A stretch of DNA of 32,507 nucleotides. It comes from an uncultured Christensenellaceae bacterium (lineage in GTDB: Bacteria; Bacillota; Clostridia; Christensenellales; SZUA-584). The position numbers were made by a program, and so were the translations under genes. This document shows positions 5,085 to 12,440 of this stretch, one piece after another; position 1 is the first letter of the stretch; each line of letters opens with the position of its first letter. A model generated the notes under the pieces. It was not told the DNA's origin, did no database searches, and saw only the letters and a program-made list of their open reading frames with translations. The stretch covers positions 1 through 32,507 of the forward strand of contig CAZLRM010000001.1 in NCBI GenBank assembly GCA_964561895.1, given 5' to 3'.

Positions 5085-6203
5085 ATGAGCAGCAGTACTT
5101 TTACAATAGAGGAACCTGAACCCCACGGAGAACAATGGTACGACTGGAAATGGCAGATCAAAAACCGCATCACCACCGTGGAAGCGCTTGAAAAGGTAAT
5201 ACGGCTTTCAGATAAAGAAAAACAGGATATCGGCTATTGCCTCAATCTGTTCCGTATGGCGATTACGCCATACTACGCGTCGCTGATGGACCCCACGGAC
5301 ACAAGCTGCCCGGTCCGTATGCAGGCGGTGCCCAATATCGGCGAAACGCATATATTGCCGTGCGAGATGGCCGACCCGCTCGATGAGGGGCGGGAAAGCC
5401 CGGTAAAAAACATCGTACACCGGTATCCCGACCGTGTATTGTTTCTTGTGACGCGCACCTGCGCGATGTACTGCCGCCATTGCACGAGGCGGCGCATGGT
5501 GGGTGAGGAGGACAATTTCATCTCCGAAGCTGAGATCAAAGTGGCGGTGCATTACATCGAAAAGAACCCGGCCATCCGCGACGTGCTGGTCTCGGGCGGA
5601 GACCCGCTCACGATGGGCGATAATAAGCTGGAGAGCATCATATCGCGCCTGCGCGCCATTCCGCACGTAGAGATCATCCGCATCGGCACGCGCGTGCCGG
5701 TCGTGCTGCCCATGCGCATTACGCCGCAGCTGCTCGCGATGCTTAAAAAGTACCAACCAATATGGATCAACACGCACTTTAACCACCCCAAAGAGCTGAC
5801 GCCCGACGCCATAAAAGCATGCGGGGATATCGTGGACTCAGGCGTACCGCTCGGCAACCAGAGCGTGCTGCTGCGCGGCATCAACGACAACGTAGATACG
5901 ATGAAAGAACTGCTCTTAAAGCTCGTGAAAGCGCGCGTAAGGCCGTACTATCTCTACCAGTGCGATTTAAGCCAGGGCCTTGGCCATTTCCGTACGCGCG
6001 TGGAAACAGGCGTTGAGATCATCCGTGCGCTGACGGGCAATATCTCCGGCTATGCCGTTCCTAAGTTCGTGATCGACGCGCCGCACGGCGGCGGCAAGGT
6101 GCCGATTAACCCGGAGTACGTGACGGAGATGAACGACAAAGAGGTTGTGATGCGCAACTATGCGGGCAAGAGATACACTTACCCGCAGCCGCGGGAATAT
6201 TAA
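5085..6203 (+). CDS. kamA: KamA-family radical SAM aminomutase (lysine 2,3-aminomutase-like, short form)
   Basis: CAMYCRHCTRRR (CxxxCxxC), RMAITPYY, HRYPDRVL, SGGDPL, PLGNQSVLLRG, YQCDLSQG and VIDAPHGGGK (PLP lysine) align with Clostridium subterminale LAM. It lacks that enzyme's C-terminal CxCxxC zinc motif. Confidence 0.9.
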   Translation: MSSSTFTIEEPEPHGEQWYDWKWQIKNRITTVEALEKVIRLSDKEKQDIGYCLNLFRMAITPYYASLMDPTDTSCPVRMQAVPNIGETHILPCEMADPLDEGRESPVKNIVHRYPDRVLFLVTRTCAMYCRHCTRRRMVGEEDNFISEAEIKVAVHYIEKNPAIRDVLVSGGDPLTMGDNKLESIISRLRAIPHVEIIRIGTRVPVVLPMRITPQLLAMLKKYQPIWINTHFNHPKELTPDAIKACGDIVDSGVPLGNQSVLLRGINDNVDTMKELLLKLVKARVRPYYLYQCDLSQGLGHFRTRVETGVEIIRALTGNISGYAVPKFVIDAPHGGGKVPINPEYVTEMNDKEVVMRNYAGKRYTYPQPREY

Positions 6204-6209
6204 AAACCG

Positions 6210-6241
6210 AAACAGTTTGGGAACATCCCAAGCTGTTTTAT
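6210..6241. terminator. Bidirectional intrinsic terminator between convergent kamA and deoR-family genes
   Basis: 12-bp stem AAACAGTTTGGG / CCCAAGCTGTTT (one G-U pair), loop aacat, A-run upstream and T-run downstream. Confidence 0.7.
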
Positions 6242-6351
6242 TGAATGGGAGGATTGCCTTTCCTCCGAGGGGAAGCGTGTTGTATGGAGCCGTGCAGCGT
6301 TTTGTGCACTTACCACCGTAGGCTTCGAACACTTCGTTTTATTCGTTAAAT

Positions 6352-7113
6352 TCATTTTACAATAATGACCTTGCCCGCATGTTCTCCCAGCGCTTCCACC
6401 TGCTCTGCGGATATCCCGGAATCGGTGACGATATGCGCGAATTCCTCCAGTCCCGCGATGCGCATGAAACTGGAACGTCCGAACTTGCTGTGGTCGGCGA
6501 GCAGCCAAGATTCCTGCGCGATGCGCATCATCTGGCGCTTGGCGAGCGCGGCGGGCTCGCTCGCGTCGCTGACGCCGTGCCCGCCCTGTATACCCTTGCA
6601 CGATAGAAAAGCCTTGCTTACGCGGTACATGCCGAGCATCGCCTGTGTGGCCTCCCCGTAAAAGCTTAAGGACTGGCGCAGCAATGTACCGCCCAGCAGC
6701 ACCACTTCGATTTTGGGCTTGGCGGCGAGTTCCGCGACAACGCGGAACGAATTGGTAAGCACCGTGAGCGACATATCGGGCAGCTCCCGCGCGACAAATA
6801 CGCACGTGGAGCTCGCGTCAAGTACGATCTGTTCATGCGGCGCGATGTGGCGTACCGCTTCGTGCGCGATGCGCGTTTTATCGGTAACGTTCATGACCTC
6901 GCGGCGCGCGTAGGGCTCGTCACCCTGATCGTCCGGCGCGGCGCACACGCCGCCGTGTACGCGCACGGCCTTACCCTCGCGCTCAAGCCGGTTTAAGTCC
7001 TGCCGGATGGTCTCGGTGGAAACATTTAAAACGTCCGCGAGTTCGGATACCTTGACGGTTCCTCGCGCGCCGATCATTTCCAGCATCTTTTGTTGTCGCT
7101 CGTTTGCCAACAT
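6352..7113 (-). CDS. DeoR/GlpR family transcriptional regulator
   Basis: N-terminal HTH ERQQKMLEMIGARGTVKVSELADVLNVSTETIRQDLNRLEREG plus a C-terminal DeoR sugar-phosphate sensor domain (VLDASSTC.., LTVLTNS.., AFLSCKGI..). Confidence 0.9.
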   Translation of the reverse strand: MLANERQQKMLEMIGARGTVKVSELADVLNVSTETIRQDLNRLEREGKAVRVHGGVCAAPDDQGDEPYARREVMNVTDKTRIAHEAVRHIAPHEQIVLDASSTCVFVARELPDMSLTVLTNSFRVVAELAAKPKIEVVLLGGTLLRQSLSFYGEATQAMLGMYRVSKAFLSCKGIQGGHGVSDASEPAALAKRQMMRIAQESWLLADHSKFGRSSFMRIAGLEEFAHIVTDSGISAEQVEALGEHAGKVIIVK

Positions 7114-7119
7114 ACACCC

Positions 7120-7148
7120 ATTTTACTCTAGTCCGGTTCAGGTTTCAA
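7120..7148 (-). promoter_or_regulatory. Candidate promoter of the DeoR gene, placed for a leaderless mRNA
   Basis: On the minus strand: TTGAAA (7148-7143), 17 nt, TAAAAT (7125-7120), then only 6 nt before the ATG (7113). No Shine-Dalgarno. Confidence 0.35.
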
Positions 7149-7239
7149 TCAAATTCTTTGAATTAACCTTGTAAAACAGCAAAATACTAATCGAAACGAA
7201 GAAAAAGCAAAAGAAGAAAAGGATAAACCAAAAATGTTC

Positions 7240-7268
7240 TTGTTCAAAGCGTTCCATATGTGTATAAT
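7240..7268 (+). promoter_or_regulatory. Sigma-A promoter of the srlD-like/PHP/kinase operon
   Basis: TTGTTC (7240-7245), 17-nt spacer ending in TG, TATAAT (7263-7268). Confidence 0.55.
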
Positions 7269-7303
7269 GAAAACGAAATCAGCAAAAAGAACAGGTGAGG
7301 ACA

Positions 7304-8092
7304 ATGAGATTACAGAACTGTGAAAGGCTTAATGGCAAGGTCGCCGTCATTACAGGCGCGGCGCAGGGGCTGGGGCAGGCGCTGGCCGTCCGGCTTTCGG
7401 AGGAAGGCGCGAAGGTCGTCGTGGGCGATGTGAATGTGGAAGGCGCGAAAGAGACCGCTGCGCTGCTGAAGGGCGGAATTGCCGCCGCCGTGGATGTGAC
7501 GGACTTTTCAAGCTGCGAAGCGCTCATGAAAACCGCGAAAGACGCGTTTGGCCGCATCGACATACTCGTGTCCAACGCGGCGATACTGCTCTCGGGCGCG
7601 GTGACGGAATTTGATCCCGTGAAATGGAAGAAAGTCATCGACGTAAACCTGTGCGGGTTTTTCAATATCGCCAAGGCCGCCGCACCGCATCTGATAGAAC
7701 AGGGGAGCGGCTCCATCATACAGATCAATTCCAAGTCGGGAAAGAAGGGATCGTTCAAAAACTCGGCCTACGCCGCGAGCAAGTTCGGCGGTATCGGCCT
7801 CGTGCAGAGCCTCGCGCTGGAGCTTGCGCCGTACCAGGTGCGCGTCAACGCGATATGCCCCGGCAACCTGCTCGATTCGCCGCTGTGGGTGAACAGCCTG
7901 TTCAAGCAATACGCGGCCAATCAGGGAATATCGGAGGAGCGGGTACGCCAGAAGTACATCGACCAGGTACCGCTTAAGCGCGGCTGCCAATACGACGACG
8001 TCGCAAACGTACTCGTGTTCCTCGCGAGCGACGAGGCGGCGTATATGACGGGGCAGGCCATCAACGTGACCGGCGGCCAGCAGATGATATGA
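7304..8092 (+). CDS. srlD: SDR oxidoreductase, sorbitol-6-phosphate 2-dehydrogenase-like
   Basis: TGAAQGLG cofactor motif. IQINSKSGKKGSFKNSAYAASKFGGIGLVQSLALELA, YIDQVPLKRGCQYDDV and TGQAINVTGGQQMI closely parallel E. coli SrlD as recalled. ATG at 7304 follows AGGTGAGG. Confidence 0.75.
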   Translation: MRLQNCERLNGKVAVITGAAQGLGQALAVRLSEEGAKVVVGDVNVEGAKETAALLKGGIAAAVDVTDFSSCEALMKTAKDAFGRIDILVSNAAILLSGAVTEFDPVKWKKVIDVNLCGFFNIAKAAAPHLIEQGSGSIIQINSKSGKKGSFKNSAYAASKFGGIGLVQSLALELAPYQVRVNAICPGNLLDSPLWVNSLFKQYAANQGISEERVRQKYIDQVPLKRGCQYDDVANVLVFLASDEAAYMTGQAINVTGGQQMI

Positions 8093-9396
8093 GCGTAAAG
8101 AATATGAATACAGACGAATGCATACAGGCGCTGAACAGCAGCACGGCGCAGACGAGGCTTGACGCACTGGCACAGCTGAAATACAAGCTGGACAACGGGC
8201 AGATGCCAAGGCCAGATTCGGAAGGCCTGATGAACAACCATGTCCATACGATATATTCCTTTTCTCCGTATTCCCCCGCAATGACGGCATGGAAGGCGTA
8301 TGAGGCCGGGCTTTGCACGGTGGGCATCATGGATCATGATTCTGTGGGCGGCGCGCAGGAGTTCATTCGTGCGGGGCGAACCATCGGCATCGCGACCACT
8401 GTGGGCTTTGAGATGCGTACCGACTGGAGCGAAACGCCGATGAAGGGGAAAAGACTCAACAACCCCGATCAGGTCACATCGGGTTATATTACGGTGCACG
8501 GGCTGCCGCAGTGCAGCTTCGCCGCGGCGGAGGCATACCTTGCGCCGCTGCGCGCCGCGCGCAACCAAAGAACCCGGCGCATGATATCGCGCCTCAATGA
8601 GATCATCCGCCCGCTGGATCTTTTGATTGACTTTGACGCCGACGTGCTGCCGCTCTCCATGGCGGCGGAGGGCGGCGGCGTGACAGAACGCCACATGCTG
8701 TTTGCTTTAGCAAAGCAGCTGATCGCGCGATTTGGCGCAGGCAATGCGCTTGCTGAGTTTGTCCGCCGGGATCTGAAGATACCGCTCAACACGAAACAGC
8801 GTGCGATGCTTACGGACCCTTCAAACAGCGTCGTGGCCTACGACCTGCTGGGTGTACTCAAAGGATACTTCGTTTCTCAAATCTTTATAGACGCACGGAA
8901 GGACGAAGCGCCTGATGTCGCGGAAGTGGTGCTTCGCGCCAAGGCGATGGGTGCGATACCCACGTACTGCTACTTAGGTGACGTGGGGGAATCGCCTACG
9001 GGCGACAAGGCCGCGCAGAAGTTCGAGGATGATTATCTGGATGAAGTATTTGCGGTATGCAGGGATCTGGGGTTTGATGCGGTTTCGTTCATGCCCACGC
9101 GCAATACCTCGGAGCAATTGCAGCGTGTGATGAGGCTATGCCGCGAGTACGGCTTTATGCAGATCAGCGGCGAGGATATCAACCAGCCGCGCCAATCCTT
9201 CGTCTGCCGCGAACTGCTTAAGCCCGAATTCCGCCACCTCAATGAAAGCTCCTGGGCGCTTGTCGGCCACGAGATGGAAGCGGCGGGCGATATATCGCGC
9301 GGGATGTTTCAAAGCTGCGGCAGGCGGTCCGCGCAGGATATCGACGCATTGGTTGAACGCTATGCGCGTACCGCTAAAGAGGCGTATCATCAATAG
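8089..9396 (+). CDS. PHP-domain metal-dependent phosphoesterase family protein
   Basis: NNHVHTIYSFSPYSP and GIMDHDS histidine motifs are typical of PHP domains. The start overlaps the srlD-like stop (ATGA). Confidence 0.7.
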   Translation: MSVKNMNTDECIQALNSSTAQTRLDALAQLKYKLDNGQMPRPDSEGLMNNHVHTIYSFSPYSPAMTAWKAYEAGLCTVGIMDHDSVGGAQEFIRAGRTIGIATTVGFEMRTDWSETPMKGKRLNNPDQVTSGYITVHGLPQCSFAAAEAYLAPLRAARNQRTRRMISRLNEIIRPLDLLIDFDADVLPLSMAAEGGGVTERHMLFALAKQLIARFGAGNALAEFVRRDLKIPLNTKQRAMLTDPSNSVVAYDLLGVLKGYFVSQIFIDARKDEAPDVAEVVLRAKAMGAIPTYCYLGDVGESPTGDKAAQKFEDDYLDEVFAVCRDLGFDAVSFMPTRNTSEQLQRVMRLCREYGFMQISGEDINQPRQSFVCRELLKPEFRHLNESSWALVGHEMEAAGDISRGMFQSCGRRSAQDIDALVERYARTAKEAYHQ

Positions 9397-9432
9397 GGTA
9401 TAGCCCGTCAAAACAATATGGGAGGAGCGCGT

Positions 9433-10920
9433 ATGAAGAACTTTCTTGCCGCCGACCTCGGCGCCAGCAACGGGCGGCTGATACTTGGCCGTTTCGACGG
9501 CAAAAAGCTGACGCTGGAGGAAATCAATCGCTTCGAAAACCACTATGTGCGCGTACTGGACGGTTACTACTGGGACATACTGCGCCTGTATGGCAGCATA
9601 CTTGAAGGCGTCGGGCGCTGCGCGAAGGCGTATTCGCAGCCGCTCTCCGGTATCGGCATAGACACGTGGGGTGTCGATTTCGGTCTGATCGACCGGCAGG
9701 GGCGGATTTTGGGTAATCCGCGTTCCTATCGCGACCCGCGCGGCGCGCGCGGCATGAAGGCGTTCCATGAGGAATACGGAGTCAGGACGCCTTTTGACAT
9801 GACGGGCATCGCGAGCTACGAGTTCAATACGCTCTATCAGCTATACGACATGATCCGGCAGGACGACCCGCAATTGCGCGTGGCCGACAAGCTGCTGCTC
9901 ATGCCCGACTTGCTGGGGTATATGCTCTGCGGCACAAAATCGACGGAGTATACCAACGCAAGTACGACGCAGTTTTTAGACTGCCGCACAGGCGCATGGT
10001 CTAAGGTAGTGCTCGACCTTGCGGGGATCGACTTATCGCTGCTCACAAATATACAGAAGGCGGGAGAGGTGAAAGGGCAGCTTTGCTCCGCTGTGCTGCA
10101 GCATACGGGGCTTAGCAGCGCGGTGGATGTGATCTGCGTAGGTTCGCACGATACCGCGTCGGCGGTGGCCTCCGTGCCCGCGGAAACGGAGAACTACGCG
10201 TTTATATCGTCGGGCACATGGTCCATCATCGGTATGGTCTCAGGCAGCCCGCTGATCAGCGATCAGGCTTACGACGCCCAGCTTTCGAGCGAAGGCGCGA
10301 TCACGGGCGGCTGCCTGCCGCTGCGCAACATCATGGGAATGTGGATCATACAGAGCTGCAAGCGCAGTTGGGAAAGGGAAGGCAGCCTCAGCTGGGACGA
10401 TATTGTAGGCATGGCGGAGGCTGCGCCCGCGTTTGTCTCGTTTATCGACGTAAGCGCGCACGACTTCTACAGCGGCGAGGATATGCCGGGCAAGATCCAG
10501 CGGTACTGCGCGTCCACGGGGCAGGCTGTGCCCCAGACCAAAGGGGAGATCGCACGCACGGTGTACGAGAGCCTCGCGATGAGCTACCGCGAGGCGTTTT
10601 ATGACCTCGAACACATGAAGGGCAATAACATTGACGCGCTGCATATCGTGGGCGGAGGCGCGAAAAACGTGCTGCTCAACCAGTTTGCCGCGAGCGCAGT
10701 GAACCGCGAAGTGATCGCGGGGCCGTATGAGGCCACGGCGATCGGCAACCTCATGCTGCAGGTAAAGTCATCCGGCGAGGTGAAGGATTTTAAACAGATG
10801 CGTGAGGTGATCGCGCGCTCGTTTACGGTGGAGCGGTATGAGCCAAGGGATGCCGCGCGATGGGCGGAAGGCTATGAGGCATATAAGGCGGCGGTGTCGT
10901 GCGGGAAGGCGGATAACTAA
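9433..10920 (+). CDS. rhaB: FGGY carbohydrate kinase, rhamnulokinase-like
   Basis: DLGASNGRLILG, GIGIDTWGVDFGLID..YRDPR, FNTLYQL, LLMPDLLGY..EYTNASTTQ, GSHDTASAV, SSGTWS, LHIVGGGAKNVLLNQ and AGPYEATAIGN all parallel E. coli RhaB. ATG at 9433 follows GGAGGAG. Confidence 0.85.
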   Translation: MKNFLAADLGASNGRLILGRFDGKKLTLEEINRFENHYVRVLDGYYWDILRLYGSILEGVGRCAKAYSQPLSGIGIDTWGVDFGLIDRQGRILGNPRSYRDPRGARGMKAFHEEYGVRTPFDMTGIASYEFNTLYQLYDMIRQDDPQLRVADKLLLMPDLLGYMLCGTKSTEYTNASTTQFLDCRTGAWSKVVLDLAGIDLSLLTNIQKAGEVKGQLCSAVLQHTGLSSAVDVICVGSHDTASAVASVPAETENYAFISSGTWSIIGMVSGSPLISDQAYDAQLSSEGAITGGCLPLRNIMGMWIIQSCKRSWEREGSLSWDDIVGMAEAAPAFVSFIDVSAHDFYSGEDMPGKIQRYCASTGQAVPQTKGEIARTVYESLAMSYREAFYDLEHMKGNNIDALHIVGGGAKNVLLNQFAASAVNREVIAGPYEATAIGNLMLQVKSSGEVKDFKQMREVIARSFTVERYEPRDAARWAEGYEAYKAAVSCGKADN

Positions 10921-10943
10921 CCTATACAGAAATGAAGATAAGG

Positions 10944-10975
10944 ACGGGCTGCGTATTTGTATGCGGCCTGTTTTA
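10944..10975 (+). terminator. Intrinsic terminator after the kinase gene
   Basis: 9-bp stem ACGGGCTGC / GCGGCCTGT (two G-U pairs), 10-nt loop, TTTT. Confidence 0.55.
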
Positions 10976-10997
10976 TACCGTCTGCCGACTTTTTGGA

Positions 10998-11026
10998 TTG
11001 ACTTTTTGGCTGAGAATCCATACAAT
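10998..11026 (+). promoter_or_regulatory. Sigma-A promoter of the lipoprotein gene
   Basis: TTGACT, 17-nt spacer, TACAAT. RBS AAAGGAG at 11041-11047. Confidence 0.55.
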
Positions 11027-11057
11027 AGTTGAAAATGGACAAAGGAGTGCATAGCGA

Positions 11058-11639
11058 ATGAAAAAAAGCCGCGCGATATTGTTGGTGCTGGTGATGATGC
11101 TGACGGCGCTGCTGGCCGCATGCACTAAAAATGCGCCATCGGAGCAGACGTCCGGAACCGCTGCGCCCGCGCAGCCCACACCAACCCCGATCAGCTACGT
11201 GGTGGCCGATTTTAAGGGCAAATGGGCGGTATCGGCGCTGTACGATTCCACGGGAGCGGCGCTGACCACGGACGAGATCGCGCAGGCGGGTGCGGATTTT
11301 ACTTTAGAGCTTTTGGACAGCGGATGCTATTTTTTATACGATGCGCAAGGAGTGCCGATTGGGCAGGGAAGCTTCAGCGTGACGCAGATGGGGCTGACGT
11401 TCAGCGCGGACGGGGCGCAGACGGTGTATGTCATTGAAGACGAAAATACGCTGCGCTGCGAAGCGGAGGACGGCAGCGTGACCGTGATGACGCGTCTTCC
11501 TGCCGATACGGAAGAGGAACTTACTGAGCCGGAGCAAGAGGATACGGCGGAGACGGATATGGATGAGCCTGAGGAGGAAGATGCCGAAGCGCCCGATACA
11601 TCACCAACGGATTCGCAGCAGACGGATCCGGAGGCGTAG
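11058..11639 (+). CDS. Putative lipoprotein with acidic C-terminal tail
   Basis: Signal peptide MKKSRAILLVLVMMLTALLAAC with lipobox LAAC. The C-terminus is Glu/Asp/Thr/Pro-rich. Confidence 0.75.
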   Translation: MKKSRAILLVLVMMLTALLAACTKNAPSEQTSGTAAPAQPTPTPISYVVADFKGKWAVSALYDSTGAALTTDEIAQAGADFTLELLDSGCYFLYDAQGVPIGQGSFSVTQMGLTFSADGAQTVYVIEDENTLRCEAEDGSVTVMTRLPADTEEELTEPEQEDTAETDMDEPEEEDAEAPDTSPTDSQQTDPEA

Positions 11640-11654
11640 CATCTGACGGTATGG

Positions 11655-11689
11655 CAGGAGGCCGCCTTAAGCGGGCAGCTTCCTGTTTT
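11655..11689 (+). terminator. Intrinsic terminator after the lipoprotein gene
   Basis: CAGGAGG-CCGC cttaa GCGG-(gcag)-CTTCCTG followed by TTTT. Confidence 0.5.
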
Positions 11690-11711
11690 AATAAAGAAAC
11701 GGCAGCCGGCC

Positions 11712-11741
11712 TTGACTTATGCATAAGGACTATGGTTAAAT
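11712..11741 (+). promoter_or_regulatory. Candidate promoter of the ECF S-component operon
   Basis: TTGACT (11712-11717), 18-nt spacer ending TGg, TTAAAT (11736-11741). Confidence 0.4.
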
Positions 11742-11784
11742 GATTGCGTAGTCGGCATGAAGTCGGTTGCGCTCCAATGAGATG

Positions 11785-11840
11785 ATACCATGAAGGTATA
11801 CAGCTTTTCATTATGGGAAGCCTTCTCGTGGTATTTTTTT
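11785..11840 (+). terminator. Leader terminator/attenuator hairpin immediately upstream of the RBS (class unknown)
   Basis: ATACCATGAAGG (11785-11796) pairs with CCTTCtcGTGGTAT (11821-11834). An inner CTTTTC/GGGAAG extension is present, then TTTTTTT, then GGAGGAG and ATG at 11855. Confidence 0.5.
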
Positions 11841-11854
11841 ATTTGGAGGAGAAA

Positions 11855-12418
11855 ATGCAATCCGTAAAATTACGAAAACTGTTGCTTGCCGCGATGTTTC
11901 TCGCGCTGGGGCTACTGCTTCCGCTGCTGATCGGCCATATTGTTCCGATGGGCTGGACGCTGCTGCCGATGCACATCCCCGTGCTGCTCTGCGGTTTTAT
12001 CTGCGGCGGGCCGTGGGGGCTGGCGGTAGGCTTTGTTACGCCGCTATTAAGCAGCGTTATATTCGGTATGCCCGGCCTGTATCCCGGCGCTGTCGCAATG
12101 GCGTTTGAACTTGCGGCATACGGGTTTCTCGCGGGGCTGTTTTACCGCGTGTTTCCCAAGAAGATTGTGTTTATATTTGCGGACCTGATACTCACGATGG
12201 TCGGCGGACGCATCGTGTGGGGTACGGTAAGCTACGTGTTGTATGGCTTTAATGGTACGGCCTTTACCTGGCAGGCGTTCATGGCAGGAGCGGTACTGAT
12301 GGTTTGGCTGGGTATCGTCATACAGATCGTACTGATACCGGCGCTGCTCATCGCACTGCGCCGGACAAGAATCATGCAAGAGGTAACGCAAAACGGAAAC
12401 CAGAAAACTGCTGCTTGA
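11855..12418 (+). CDS. ECF transporter S component (substrate unknown)
   Basis: 187 aa, about 6 TM segments, with the pattern LRKLLLAAMFLALGLLLP...LPMHIPVLLCGFICGGPWG...AFELAAYGFLAG typical of ECF S components. ATG at 11855 follows GGAGGAG; the track start at 11813 lies inside the leader hairpin. Confidence 0.75.
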   Translation: MQSVKLRKLLLAAMFLALGLLLPLLIGHIVPMGWTLLPMHIPVLLCGFICGGPWGLAVGFVTPLLSSVIFGMPGLYPGAVAMAFELAAYGFLAGLFYRVFPKKIVFIFADLILTMVGGRIVWGTVSYVLYGFNGTAFTWQAFMAGAVLMVWLGIVIQIVLIPALLIALRRTRIMQEVTQNGNQKTAA

Positions 12419-12440
12419 ACATTTCGCCCGTTATCCCCTG

